Positions 30,050-40,052 of a stretch of DNA of 64,000 nt are shown piece by piece. The position numbers were made by a program, and so were the translations under genes. Position 1 is the stretch's first letter. The number at the start of each line of letters is the position of its first letter. A model generated the notes under the pieces. It saw only the letters and a list, made by a program, of their open reading frames with translations, had not been told where the DNA came from and made no database searches. The DNA comes from Acinetobacter phage vB_AbaM_ABMM1: sequence record OQ471969.1; one strand, written 5' to 3'.

Positions 30050-30702
30050 TGGCTTTTTTTGAATACGAAACACAGAATAAAACTATAAATAACAGTTTTG
30101 GAAACGTTTTAAATCCGTTTAAAGATCGTTTTGCTAAAAATCCTGTCTTATGGTCTGGTCTAACAGTGGATCGAGCTGTTTCCCATTATCAGGAACTTTA
30201 CGCATTAGGAACACTTTCAGCTGCACATTTTGGAATAGAAATTCAGCCTTACCGTGCAAACAGTAAGATTGCTCAAGCGAATATTCCAATTTTTGATCCT
30301 TCAAATAAAGTTGCTTGGTTAGCCAATAATGTCGATGTATCACTACTTGATGCTCAAACCGATGCAGTGCATGTGGGGCACTTTCAACTCAACCATGTAA
30401 CAGGTAATGCGTCAAATGAGTTGAGTATTTCATTTATTGAGACTAAAGATGCTGCAATTGCGAATAGTGCTAAAGCTATAAAAGATATAATGTTTAATAA
30501 GGATGGTACTCAGCCGCCACCAATTGAATACTTAATGCGATTAAAAATATATGCTTTTGATAAAGCTGCAAGAAATCAAAACCAATTTGAAATTGAGCAT
30601 CTAGTTTCACTTCAAGCAGGCAATTTGCCCCTTGATGCCTCTAATAAAGCACATACCATTGTTACTTTAAATTTCATCAAAATGTTTCCCAACTTAAAAT
30701 AA
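30049..30702 (+). CDS. hypothetical phage protein
   Basis: 217 aa, start overlaps the upstream stop. Confidence 0.35.
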   Translation: MAFFEYETQNKTINNSFGNVLNPFKDRFAKNPVLWSGLTVDRAVSHYQELYALGTLSAAHFGIEIQPYRANSKIAQANIPIFDPSNKVAWLANNVDVSLLDAQTDAVHVGHFQLNHVTGNASNELSISFIETKDAAIANSAKAIKDIMFNKDGTQPPPIEYLMRLKIYAFDKAARNQNQFEIEHLVSLQAGNLPLDASNKAHTIVTLNFIKMFPNLK

Positions 30703-30775
30703 GCTATGGAACTCATTGGCTTTATAGATTCACCTAATTGAGAAAATATCCTCAAATTAAAATGAGGATAACTCC

Positions 30776-32728
30776 GTGAGTGTTAAATCAATTTTCATTC
30801 AAACACACGCACCACATCAAAGCCGATTAGTACATGGTTTTGACTCCATGGTGAATAGTGGTGCTTGTTCAATTGGGTTTATTAAGGGTGATTACCGTCA
30901 AATTAATGCTTTAGTCACTGAAGATTACACGGAAAATGATTTCTGGCGTGTTGTAAATTTAAAAGGCAAAAAGGGTGGGATAGATGCGTTTGATTCCGTT
31001 GCGGTATTAGGCGCTATCGATGACCAGCATGCAGCTGATTTAGCGATACTGCAATTCGGCCGTATGTTTGATGCTTGTGTTACAGATGTTATTGAAACGA
31101 ATCAATTTGGACTTAAGCGCCATTTATCATCACAACAATTTAATTTGACGGGTTCAAAACCGATTCAAAGATGGCAACTAGAACAATTACAAAATGTTGT
31201 AGCAGCTGAAAAACCTGAATGGGATGGAATCAATTTAATTTCTCATGAGGGTGATACTTCTAAGTTGTTATTAGATATGCAACGAAATGATGATCACAGC
31301 CAATTATTGAGTAAATTTGATGGGTTACCTACACTTTTATCTAGTCTAGGCGTAGAAGAAGCGCTTTACGACTCTATTATCGTTGATTACCAGCATTTAG
31401 AGCAGCTGTCTGCAATTTTGCATCACTCTATGGATCAGTTTTCAAAAACTGGCGTCAAAATCGTTAACGTTACGGAAAGTAAGCCATTTAAGCATAAAAA
31501 AGTCCTTCAAATTGCTCTTACTTATGATTTTGATGACGGCCAAAACTTCACAATCCTTTTTCATAAGCCAGATCGATTATCAAAAAAAATTAGTCCAGCA
31601 GATTCATTAATTTCATGGAAGATTTTAATGAACAATCGGGATATTACGGCTGCAATTCAGCCGAATCAGGGAGAAGGAATTTCAATTCCAGTTCTCGCTG
31701 GTCGAATTATGAAGTTGATTAACCAAAATAGTAATCGTTTTAAGCGGTTACAATCTAAAAAAGCAGAAAAGGCCAAGGCTTTAGCAGATGCTGAACTACG
31801 TCTCGAGCAAAAACAAAGTCAATTAAATTCTTTAAGTGTAGAAATTTCCAATTTATTAAATGAATTGGATCAGTTGCAAAATACATTGTTAACCAAGCAA
31901 TCTGAAGAAAATGAAGTAATCATTAAAGAGAATAGTCTCGATAATGAGTTACCAGATAGTATTTCTGATGAAGAAGCCGAACGTTTAAAAGCCGACTTAA
32001 AGCGTTTAAATGCTGATCCTGAATGGGCAGGTGAAGATGGTTTACGTTACCAAGCATTCTTTGAACGTATCAATAAGGCTCTAGAGGGGGATTCTGATGC
32101 AGTAGTTTGGGCACGTGAATGGATTTCTGATCTAGATGACCAGGCTTTGGCTCAACAGCAAGCAGAATTAGAAGCAAAAAAACTTATTGATGCCGAAAAT
32201 GAAGCTAAACAAAAAAGAGATGAAGAAGTATTAGCAGCACGTACAGCTGGTATAGCTGAAAACAAAATGATGCAAGCATGGTTAGACACTTTGGAAAATC
32301 CTGAAGATTCTAACAACATAGACTTTATGGCTTGGGTTTCAGATCGCCGTGGTGAATTCTTAAAAAACTGGAATGGTGCCGAAGGTTCACCAGAATATTT
32401 AACAGCATTTTATGAATATTCAAGAGCATGGGCAGATGAACATTTAGCGGATCGCCTCAGAAATAAAGAGCCAGCCCAAAATTCAGATAATGAAGAATTT
32501 AAAGAACTAAATGCTCCGACAGAAGTTGAAGATCTTCAGCCTAGTACGACAAATGATGAAGGTAATCAACTTTACCGTTCAGTAATTGAAGGGCAGGTTA
32601 AAGTTAATCTTGAGTTATTAGAGCAAATTCGAGATGAAGCAGAAAAAGACTTAAATGATCCACTTCTTATTCCAGCGGTGACAGAGCTCTTGAATCAAGT
32701 ACAAAAAATGGAAGCGGAGAATATCTAA
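30776..32728 (+). CDS. large acidic coiled-coil protein
   Basis: 650 aa with a globular N-terminal domain followed by a long E/K/Q-rich coiled coil. Confidence 0.4.
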   Translation: MSVKSIFIQTHAPHQSRLVHGFDSMVNSGACSIGFIKGDYRQINALVTEDYTENDFWRVVNLKGKKGGIDAFDSVAVLGAIDDQHAADLAILQFGRMFDACVTDVIETNQFGLKRHLSSQQFNLTGSKPIQRWQLEQLQNVVAAEKPEWDGINLISHEGDTSKLLLDMQRNDDHSQLLSKFDGLPTLLSSLGVEEALYDSIIVDYQHLEQLSAILHHSMDQFSKTGVKIVNVTESKPFKHKKVLQIALTYDFDDGQNFTILFHKPDRLSKKISPADSLISWKILMNNRDITAAIQPNQGEGISIPVLAGRIMKLINQNSNRFKRLQSKKAEKAKALADAELRLEQKQSQLNSLSVEISNLLNELDQLQNTLLTKQSEENEVIIKENSLDNELPDSISDEEAERLKADLKRLNADPEWAGEDGLRYQAFFERINKALEGDSDAVVWAREWISDLDDQALAQQQAELEAKKLIDAENEAKQKRDEEVLAARTAGIAENKMMQAWLDTLENPEDSNNIDFMAWVSDRRGEFLKNWNGAEGSPEYLTAFYEYSRAWADEHLADRLRNKEPAQNSDNEEFKELNAPTEVEDLQPSTTNDEGNQLYRSVIEGQVKVNLELLEQIRDEAEKDLNDPLLIPAVTELLNQVQKMEAENI

Positions 32729-34179
32729 TGACAACATTAAATCTAATTTCTACTCAAGATATTGCTAAAAATCCATTAGTTGTAATTGATCAAATGATCA
32801 GCTTCTTTAAACCTAAACAGCCCTTCACTGGGCTTTTGAAGGGTAGAACTAATAATGTGAAAACAGCCAAAGGACAAAAGATTTCTACTGTATTCGCTTT
32901 AGTTGATATTGATCAAGTCATTGCATCTCATACAGCAACTGGTGCGGAAAACCCTAATTATCCGCAAGAATTGCAGCCACGAGATCGTAGTCGTGAATCC
33001 TCACAAGCATGGGTACAGAAAACTGCTAATGATTTAGATCCCGAAAGCCTAGGCCGCTCAGGTCGTGCAGATACGGGAGCACCGATTACTGGTGATGATT
33101 TAGTGGTTGAATCAGGAAATGGCCGAACAATGGCAATCAAGCTTGCCTATGATCGCGGTTCCGCAGATGAGTATAAACAATGGTTGATTGATGAAGCTGA
33201 TTACTTTGGCTTTAGTAGTGAGCAGGTCCAAGCAATAGCTCAACCGATTTTGATACGTATTCGTACAACCGAGATTGATAGAGCTCAATTTGCAATAGAT
33301 GCTAACCAAGATGATAAGTTGTCTTTTACAGCAACTGAACGTGCTAAAGCTGATGCTAAACGTTTAGATGAGAATTTACTGGCACTTTTTAATCCGAGTG
33401 AAGATGGCGATTTATTAGCAGTAAGTAATCAAAAGTTTATTCAAGGTTTTTTAAGTAAATTAGGTGATACAGAAGCTGCCCAGTACACAACGAAAGATAA
33501 AAAACCAACACAAGCACTGATAAACAGAATCAAGGCCGCAATTTTTAGTAAAGCGTACAATGATGATCGTTTGCTAGAAATGATGGCTGATCATACAAAA
33601 CCAGATCTTCAAAATATGCTTAATGCGCTTGGTGTTGCTGCCCCTAAATTTATTGAAGCGCAAGCCATAAGTCGTGGAAATGTTCAAGATATATCAGATC
33701 AAATCGTTGATGGAATGGAGCAAGCCATTGATCAACGTGTTGCTAATGCAATTATTGATGCAGCAAATACCATTTTATCTGCAAAGCAAAATGATCAAGA
33801 TATTGTTGAGTTTGTAAAGCAGCAAGGGCTTTTTGAGGATCTAGGAGAAGGTGTTGCTGAGCTCGCCGTATTTCTCGCCAAGAATAGCCGCAGTTCAAAA
33901 AAAATGAGTATGTTATTTAAAGCTTTAGCTGAATTTGCAGAGAAACAAGCTTTAGATAGCAGCAATGTAGGATTGTTTGGTGAACCTGAACCAGTAAGTG
34001 TAAAAGATGCTCTCCAATATGCACAACAAGTGCTTGGTGATGATTTCATTAGTGTGCAAATGTACGATTCATTATTCTCTAATGCATGTAATTATTTAAA
34101 ATTAATAGATTATGTATCTAAGGATCCTCTTTTTGTTATTAAATCATTGATTATAAACATTAAAAAATATAAGTTTTAA
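32728..34179 (+). CDS. ParB-like nuclease (ParB/Srx fold) domain protein
   Basis: The N-terminal region ...ELQPRDRSRES...GAPITGDDLVVESGNGRTMAIKLAY resembles the ParB N-domain catalytic core. The start codon overlaps the upstream stop. Confidence 0.45.
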   Translation: MTTLNLISTQDIAKNPLVVIDQMISFFKPKQPFTGLLKGRTNNVKTAKGQKISTVFALVDIDQVIASHTATGAENPNYPQELQPRDRSRESSQAWVQKTANDLDPESLGRSGRADTGAPITGDDLVVESGNGRTMAIKLAYDRGSADEYKQWLIDEADYFGFSSEQVQAIAQPILIRIRTTEIDRAQFAIDANQDDKLSFTATERAKADAKRLDENLLALFNPSEDGDLLAVSNQKFIQGFLSKLGDTEAAQYTTKDKKPTQALINRIKAAIFSKAYNDDRLLEMMADHTKPDLQNMLNALGVAAPKFIEAQAISRGNVQDISDQIVDGMEQAIDQRVANAIIDAANTILSAKQNDQDIVEFVKQQGLFEDLGEGVAELAVFLAKNSRSSKKMSMLFKALAEFAEKQALDSSNVGLFGEPEPVSVKDALQYAQQVLGDDFISVQMYDSLFSNACNYLKLIDYVSKDPLFVIKSLIINIKKYKF

Positions 34180-34192
34180 TTTTTAACATTGG

Positions 34193-34240
34193 TATTAGAA
34201 CATTTAATTAATCTATTGTTGACTAATAAATGTTCTAATA
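34193..34240. promoter_or_regulatory. perfect 14-bp inverted repeat (TATTAGAACATTTA / TAAATGTTCTAATA, 20-bp spacer) in the promoter region of the 34330 operon
   Basis: Read directly from the sequence; it embeds TTGACT and lies ~90 nt upstream of the ATG at 34330. Confidence 0.6.
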
Positions 34241-34329
34241 TGTTTTTTGGGAATAATTTAGGAATAAAAAACTATAGAAAAGTAAAAAAATAGTGTATAA
34301 AGTTAAGTAAAATATTTTGGAGCCGCTTT

Positions 34330-34959
34330 ATGGCCATAGCTGAAGAATTACATGTTAAAAGTTTAATCCAACCATATTCTAATTCTATTATTCAGGCTAT
34401 TAAGGAGGCGTGGTCATTGTGGCTGCAAAGTCCTTTTTTTGGAAAATGGAGTTCACGCGGACGTGCCACATTCGTTTGGGAAACTGTAATTAATTTACTC
34501 AAAGAAAAATTTATGGGACGTAGTGACGTTTTTATTATAGATAAAGGTGTTACGGTACTTTTTGTAATTCAACAGCAAGTTGTTTTTCGTTTTAAATTGG
34601 CAGATAGGACTGGAAGAAGTAAAAACGTTCAAACAGATTCGGCTAAAAGCTTTCATGATCCTGAACTCAATTATAATTTATTAGCTGAAGCTGATATAGC
34701 TAGTAATATTCCACGTATTGAAGTTATCTATACTTTAAATAAGTCTGCTACTCAAATCGATAATATCAAAATGATTGCTAGAGATAAAAATTCCGTTGCT
34801 TGGAATGTAAGTTTAATTGATAGCCAAACATCATTCGTTGAATTTGACGAAAGCAAAGATACAAGTGACTTTGATACTGTTAAGGATAATCAAACAAAAC
34901 GTCGTTTCAAAGGGAAATCCACTGGCGGTGGATTTAAAAAAGCAGAAGGTGAATCGTGA
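34330..34959 (+). CDS. hypothetical protein, operon partner of the HTH-ImmA/IrrE protein
   Basis: 209 aa with no recognisable domain; its stop overlaps the downstream GTG start by 4 nt. Confidence 0.45.
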   Translation: MAIAEELHVKSLIQPYSNSIIQAIKEAWSLWLQSPFFGKWSSRGRATFVWETVINLLKEKFMGRSDVFIIDKGVTVLFVIQQQVVFRFKLADRTGRSKNVQTDSAKSFHDPELNYNLLAEADIASNIPRIEVIYTLNKSATQIDNIKMIARDKNSVAWNVSLIDSQTSFVEFDESKDTSDFDTVKDNQTKRRFKGKSTGGGFKKAEGES

Positions 34960-36035
34960 GTAATTTGACCTTTAATCCTGAGTTATTAAGGATAGTAAGG
35001 CAGTTTAGAGGGTTTGGACAAACAGCTCTTGCTAAAATGGCTTCATTGTCTCAGGGAACTCTGTCAAAAATTGAAGCAGGATTGTTAGAGCCTAATGAGG
35101 AAATGGTTTCAAATCTTGCCAAAGTTTTAAACTTTCCCGTTTCAATATTTTATGAGACCTATAAGCCATTTGGTTTACCGTTAAGTGTTCATCCCATGTA
35201 CAGGAAGAACTCTTCAATCGGTAAAAGGGCTATTGAACAACTTGAAGCTGAACTTAATATTCGATTATTTAACTCTATGAAGTTAGTTAAAGCTATTGAG
35301 TTTGAGGAGGATTTACCACTTCCTTTTTTAAGTTTAGATATATATGAAACTCCTGAAAAAGTTGCTGAATTGCTCAGAAGAACTTGGTTAATTCCTAATG
35401 GCCCATTAAAGAATTTAACCGATTATGTTGAGAGGGCAGGGTGTCTCGTATTTCATTGCGATTTCTCTCAAGAAGGTGTGTCTGGTGTAACAATAAAAGT
35501 ACCTGGTTTAAACCCTTGTATTTTTATTGATAAAAATATGCCCTCAGATAGACAACGTTTCACACTGGCGCATGAGTTAGGTCATGCAATTATGCATAAA
35601 CTCCCTTCAGAAAATATGGAGGATGAGGCTAACCGTTTTGCAAGTGCTCTTTTGATGCCTTCAAAAGATATTAGACCATATCTTACTGGGAAAATTACTT
35701 TAGAAAAGCTCGCTACCTTAAAGTTGGTTTGGAAAGTTTCTATGAATGCTCTTCTTAAAACAGCAGAACGAGAAGGCTTATTAACACCATCCCAGAAAAA
35801 GTATCTATGGATACAAATGACTAAGAATGGTTATAGGACTAAGGAACCTGTAGAGTTGGATTTTCCTAAAGAAAAGGCTGTAACTATAGATCAAATTTTT
35901 GAATACTATAGAGAAGACTTAGGTTACTCAATTGATGAGTTATCTAATTTATTGCAAACACCAAAAGAAGACATTGATTCACTCTACTCATTAAATATAG
36001 TTAAGAAAAAACCAAATATACGAATTTTAGAATAA
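34956..36035 (+). CDS. XRE-family HTH fused to ImmA/IrrE (COG2856) zinc metallopeptidase
   Basis: N-terminal HTH (FGQTALAKMASLSQGTLSKIEAG) and the HEXXH motif LAHELGHAIMH in the C-terminal peptidase domain; terminator at ~36040-36070. Confidence 0.7.
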   Translation: MSNLTFNPELLRIVRQFRGFGQTALAKMASLSQGTLSKIEAGLLEPNEEMVSNLAKVLNFPVSIFYETYKPFGLPLSVHPMYRKNSSIGKRAIEQLEAELNIRLFNSMKLVKAIEFEEDLPLPFLSLDIYETPEKVAELLRRTWLIPNGPLKNLTDYVERAGCLVFHCDFSQEGVSGVTIKVPGLNPCIFIDKNMPSDRQRFTLAHELGHAIMHKLPSENMEDEANRFASALLMPSKDIRPYLTGKITLEKLATLKLVWKVSMNALLKTAEREGLLTPSQKKYLWIQMTKNGYRTKEPVELDFPKEKAVTIDQIFEYYREDLGYSIDELSNLLQTPKEDIDSLYSLNIVKKKPNIRILE

Positions 36036-36250
36036 GATAGGCCCTCCATTAGGAGGGTTTCCTTTTTTAATAAAAAAACTTTTCTTTTTAAAAAAAATAG
36101 TCATAATAAATCTATGCTTCCACACTAAGCTTGTCACTCCAACCGTATTACGGAGCGAACATTCCTTAAGTAATGATGTGTACGTATATATGATTTACAA
36201 CATTAGTGTAGATCTAGATTTTTGGAGTGGTCTAATTTTTATCTACACAG

Positions 36251-36964
36251 ATGGACCGTATAATCATGTCTGATAAGAACTTCGTATTTCCTTCAGGATT
36301 GACCAGTCAACGTGCTAGAGCTTTAGCTAAAGAAGCAAAAAAACTAAATGGTACGCAACTTTCATGTGAGCTGGATTTAATATCTAAAAAAGAATGTCAA
36401 CTCCCATGGCATAAAGCAGTTGCTAAGTTTACTAATGAAGATATCTCAATTCTACATTTGAAAGTAGAAGATATTTTGAAAAAAAACCCATTATTGGGTT
36501 ATGGTGGATTCTATTCTCCATTAATATTTTCAGATCGTTATTATCAACGTCAATATAGAATGTCTAAAATAGAGTATGAACAGCATTTTATTGAAGGCCG
36601 AATTTTAAGTACAGACTGGTTAAAACAAATAGAATATGCTCAGCAGTTTATGTCATATTTTGGAAAAAATAAGAATATAAATAATAATATGTTAGGTTCT
36701 TATGGGTTAAAACATATGTGTGAGGATTACTATGGAGAAATATGTGGTCAGCATACTTATATATCTAATGGTGCATTAATCATAGGTGCTATTTTAAATA
36801 ATTTCAATTTTGAGCAATATAGTGAATATCATATTAACTGTAGTTTTAATATTAGTAAAAAAAGTGAATTTTACCAATGGTATAAAATGTGGAAATATGG
36901 CTACAGGCCAAGTCAGTATCTAAAGTTTAAGATATTGGACCAAAAATATAGATCTAATAGCTAA
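36251..36964 (+). CDS. orphan AT-rich hypothetical protein (Tyr/Asn/Lys-rich)
   Basis: 237-aa ORF at ~28% GC with its own promoter region and flanking terminators (36040-36070 and ~37062-37095). Confidence 0.4.
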   Translation: MDRIIMSDKNFVFPSGLTSQRARALAKEAKKLNGTQLSCELDLISKKECQLPWHKAVAKFTNEDISILHLKVEDILKKNPLLGYGGFYSPLIFSDRYYQRQYRMSKIEYEQHFIEGRILSTDWLKQIEYAQQFMSYFGKNKNINNNMLGSYGLKHMCEDYYGEICGQHTYISNGALIIGAILNNFNFEQYSEYHINCSFNISKKSEFYQWYKMWKYGYRPSQYLKFKILDQKYRSNS

Positions 36965-37122
36965 AGCTTTAGTTAAAAAGACATGAATTAAAAAAGTAAT
37001 CGATAAATCAAGGGAAATCGTTTAACTGTTCGTAAGGTGCTTAACAAATGAAAACCAGCTAACTAGCTGGTTTTCTTAATTTGGGGAGTTCTGGTGGAAC
37101 ATCTTAAAATAATTATATGCCC

Positions 37123-38022
37123 TTATCCTCTGATAGGTTCATAGGGAAACCTCTTTAAAACTTTACCTAATTCAAGTACCTCATCTTTATGTAAAAAATC
37201 CCATAGTTGATTGAATTTCTCCCGAAGTTGTACGACATTTACAGGTGTATGATGTGAAGTGTATTGATGTACTGCAACAGCACCACTTTCCTGAATTGAA
37301 ATCCAGAAGTTTTTAGGGCCATTTGGAGATTGATACTTTAACTTTTCACCTACTTGTTGAGCAATTTCATAAGCCAGAGGGTTTTCTAATGCTGGATAAC
37401 GTGATGAAACTCGATCTAAAAGATTTTCAAGCCGTTGTAAAGGATCTGATTCCACTTTTTCAACAACATTGATTGATTCTAAGTATTGTTTAGCTTCTTC
37501 AAAATGTATTGATAAAAGTTGGCTGTACTTAGCTATGCCAAAATGTCTGTTATGCCGTACCCACATAGATGCCCGTTGGCTGCGGTTTTTACCAGCACGG
37601 CGGTCAACTATCTCATGTAGTGCATGCTGCTGCTCAGGGGTAATCGTAAGACGTTTGTTTATTGCCTGTCCTTTTGTCCAGTAATCCCAAAGCACATCAT
37701 CACATTCTTGTTGATACATGATGACTGTTTCGCGAAGTTCAGGCCGGACTTTGTTGGCGTGGATTGAGTAAAGCCATGCAGCTAATTTTCGGACAGGTAA
37801 GCAAGTCATTAAGCGACTTTTCCCATCATTGGCAACTGTGGTGATTTCCACCATAGTTGCACTGAAACGATCTTTTAATTTAACAAACTGGCTTTTCCAA
37901 TCTAGCCCCATAGCTTCAACGATAGGTTTCATTGGTGTATAAGGCTGCCCATGATGTTCAATAATCATAAGTTCTGCATCATGAAATGGTACAACTTGTG
38001 GTATGTATGATAAATTAGACAT
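37123..38022 (-). CDS. ant: phage antirepressor, paralogue 2 (likely true start at internal ATG 38022; ORF extends to 38181)
   Basis: MSNLSYIPQVVPFHDAELMIIEHHGQPYTPMKPIVEAMGLDWKSQ aligns with the N-terminus of 12082-12978. The longer ORF begins at a TTG. Confidence 0.7.
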   Translation of the reverse strand: MSNLSYIPQVVPFHDAELMIIEHHGQPYTPMKPIVEAMGLDWKSQFVKLKDRFSATMVEITTVANDGKSRLMTCLPVRKLAAWLYSIHANKVRPELRETVIMYQQECDDVLWDYWTKGQAINKRLTITPEQQHALHEIVDRRAGKNRSQRASMWVRHNRHFGIAKYSQLLSIHFEEAKQYLESINVVEKVESDPLQRLENLLDRVSSRYPALENPLAYEIAQQVGEKLKYQSPNGPKNFWISIQESGAVAVHQYTSHHTPVNVVQLREKFNQLWDFLHKDEVLELGKVLKRFPYEPIRG

Positions 38023-38223
38023 ATCAATATCCTTTCGTGGTTGTTGATAGAAGCCCTTGCATTTGGTTGGTAGCCTGCAAGGGCTTTGTTGTTTCAGGTT
38101 TAGAGCCTGTTGTGAATAACTATATATAGTGTATTTAAATAATGCAATATTAAAATAAATTAAAATATAAAAAGAATGCAATCTTACTGTGTTATGATTA
38201 ATTATCTTTTTTAGAGAATTGAG

Positions 38224-38472
38224 ATGATTAAGAATAATATTATTGCCTTACGAGATAAGGCCGGCATGACGGCGTATCAGTTAGCGAAACAATGCGGATT
38301 TATTTCAAATAACCATGTACTGGGAAAGAAGATAAGTGACGCAGAAAAAGGAAAAAATATCACAATTGAAACGGCTTTTTTAATCTACACTGAACTCAAA
38401 AAAGCTGGTGTATGCGAGAAGTTTGAAGATGTCTTTTGGCTTGAATGTGATGATAAAGATATCGAAAACTAA
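38224..38472 (+). CDS. small HTH regulator, paralogue of 13182-13436
   Basis: 82 aa with the identical C-terminal 20 aa. Confidence 0.55.
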   Translation: MIKNNIIALRDKAGMTAYQLAKQCGFISNNHVLGKKISDAEKGKNITIETAFLIYTELKKAGVCEKFEDVFWLECDDKDIEN

Positions 38473-38559
38473 AAATATTTTTTGTAGAGTTGGAACTAAC
38501 TAATTTTTAAACTTTCATATTTGTAAATAATGGTCCTATTCAATGAGTAGGGCTTTTTT

Positions 38560-39354
38560 ATGTCCAAAGCTTTAGCTTATGCACCAGCTGTAAATACAGC
38601 AAAAACTAATTTACCAAGTAATGAATCAGATCCATTCTATGGTTCTATTTCAAAGCACAAATACGCAGAGTTTTCTCTATGTGACAAAGAGGGGAATCCT
38701 ATTGCTGGCTCGCCAGTGATTAGAGCCTTATTAACGGACGGTGATAAAAGCATTGAGAGCCAATGGCAAACTCCATTTGAGAATAGTAATCCTGAGCTAA
38801 AAATGCCTATGCTCATGGCAGGCTTACAATCAGGTCAGCTATCACAAGTCGCTGAACAGATGCAAAGTAATCCTATAGCTCAAGTTTTATCAAAACTTGG
38901 GGTTCAAGATGCTATGCAGAGCGTTGAAGGGCGTACCAATCTAACTAAAGTGAATACAACTCAAGTATTCCTATCTACTTCTTCAGTACGGCTCAACCTT
39001 TCTATTTTCTTCCTTGCCTTTAGTGATGCGAAAACAGAAGTTGAAGACAGGATCATGCAATTAGAGGCTTGGAGTCTTCCAGTTTCTTTATCTTCTGATT
39101 CTACACTTCAGAATGTGGTTAATGACTCAAACTCAACTTTAGAAGGGTTGTTTTCAGGTGTAATCCCACCCTTTGTGTCTCTGACAACTCACGGCAAAAC
39201 TTATAAACCTTTCATTATTGAAAGTGTTTCTGCACCAATTGTTGCGCCAATTGATGAGAAAGGTAACCGGTTAAGTTTGGCCGTGAATATAAGTTTGATG
39301 AGTCGAACTGCATGGGATTCAAAAGACATTTATTCATTGTATGGAGGCAACTAA
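38560..39354 (+). CDS. hypothetical protein (intact version of the 13526 remnant)
   Basis: 264-aa ORF. Confidence 0.4.
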   Translation: MSKALAYAPAVNTAKTNLPSNESDPFYGSISKHKYAEFSLCDKEGNPIAGSPVIRALLTDGDKSIESQWQTPFENSNPELKMPMLMAGLQSGQLSQVAEQMQSNPIAQVLSKLGVQDAMQSVEGRTNLTKVNTTQVFLSTSSVRLNLSIFFLAFSDAKTEVEDRIMQLEAWSLPVSLSSDSTLQNVVNDSNSTLEGLFSGVIPPFVSLTTHGKTYKPFIIESVSAPIVAPIDEKGNRLSLAVNISLMSRTAWDSKDIYSLYGGN

Positions 39355-40052
39355 TGATTACTTTTGATCCAGTGTATGTAGGCGATAATACTTTTCAAAT
39401 GCAAGAATTGAGTTTTGAGCAGTGTCTTAAAATTTCAATCATTGCGCCGAATTTAAATGAAAAAAGACTTACAGCTTTTCTTAAATCAGCTTTAGATAGT
39501 GTGTTTGATCCTTTGGTTTTAACTATTCAAGAACGATATTTACTGCTGCTGAAGTATCTTGAAAAACAAAGTAATACTATGTTGGAGGTGAACACAGACT
39601 GGTCTAAAGTTTTCCTTCAATCAGAAAATAATTGGAAAACTGAAACTACTCAAAATGGAATTACGGTTAGACAGCTTATTGGAATGGAAGCGGAGTTCTT
39701 AGAGGCAAATTGTAAGAATGTCGCTGAATGGATTGCCTGCATGATGGCTTTTCAGTTGAGTTATTCTAATCATGAGCACTTAGCTTTATTACCGGATAGA
39801 ACAAATCCTAAATTATTTGAAGAACGATTTAAGCAGCGGCTAGATTTTATTAAGAAAATGCCAGCTAGTGATTTTGATTTGTGCTATCAAGACTTTAATA
39901 ATTTAAACAATGAGTTATTTACTCATTTACGGTTAAGCGTTGATAACCACGGTATTTTAGTGGAAAGAGGTGCAGATGACGCGCCTGCACGATTTCGCAC
40001 CGCTTCCATCTTTACAGGAATCATCAAAGAGTTGGACCGATCTTTTGCTTGA
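39354..40052 (+). CDS. hypothetical protein (start trimmed to the ATG overlapping the upstream stop, RBS GGAGG)
   Basis: The ORF track starts at 39312, but GGAGG at 39342 plus the TAATG overlap favour 39354. Confidence 0.35.
   Translation: MITFDPVYVGDNTFQMQELSFEQCLKISIIAPNLNEKRLTAFLKSALDSVFDPLVLTIQERYLLLLKYLEKQSNTMLEVNTDWSKVFLQSENNWKTETTQNGITVRQLIGMEAEFLEANCKNVAEWIACMMAFQLSYSNHEHLALLPDRTNPKLFEERFKQRLDFIKKMPASDFDLCYQDFNNLNNELFTHLRLSVDNHGILVERGADDAPARFRTASIFTGIIKELDRSFA

Larger units (their letters stand above)
37060..38700. repeat. diverged direct repeat, copy 2, of the antirepressor module
   Basis: Colinear with 12005-13657: same terminator flank, ant, a 5'-UTR hairpin, twin operator-like repeats, the small HTH gene and the MSKALAYAPAVNTA gene start. 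Confidence 0.7.
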
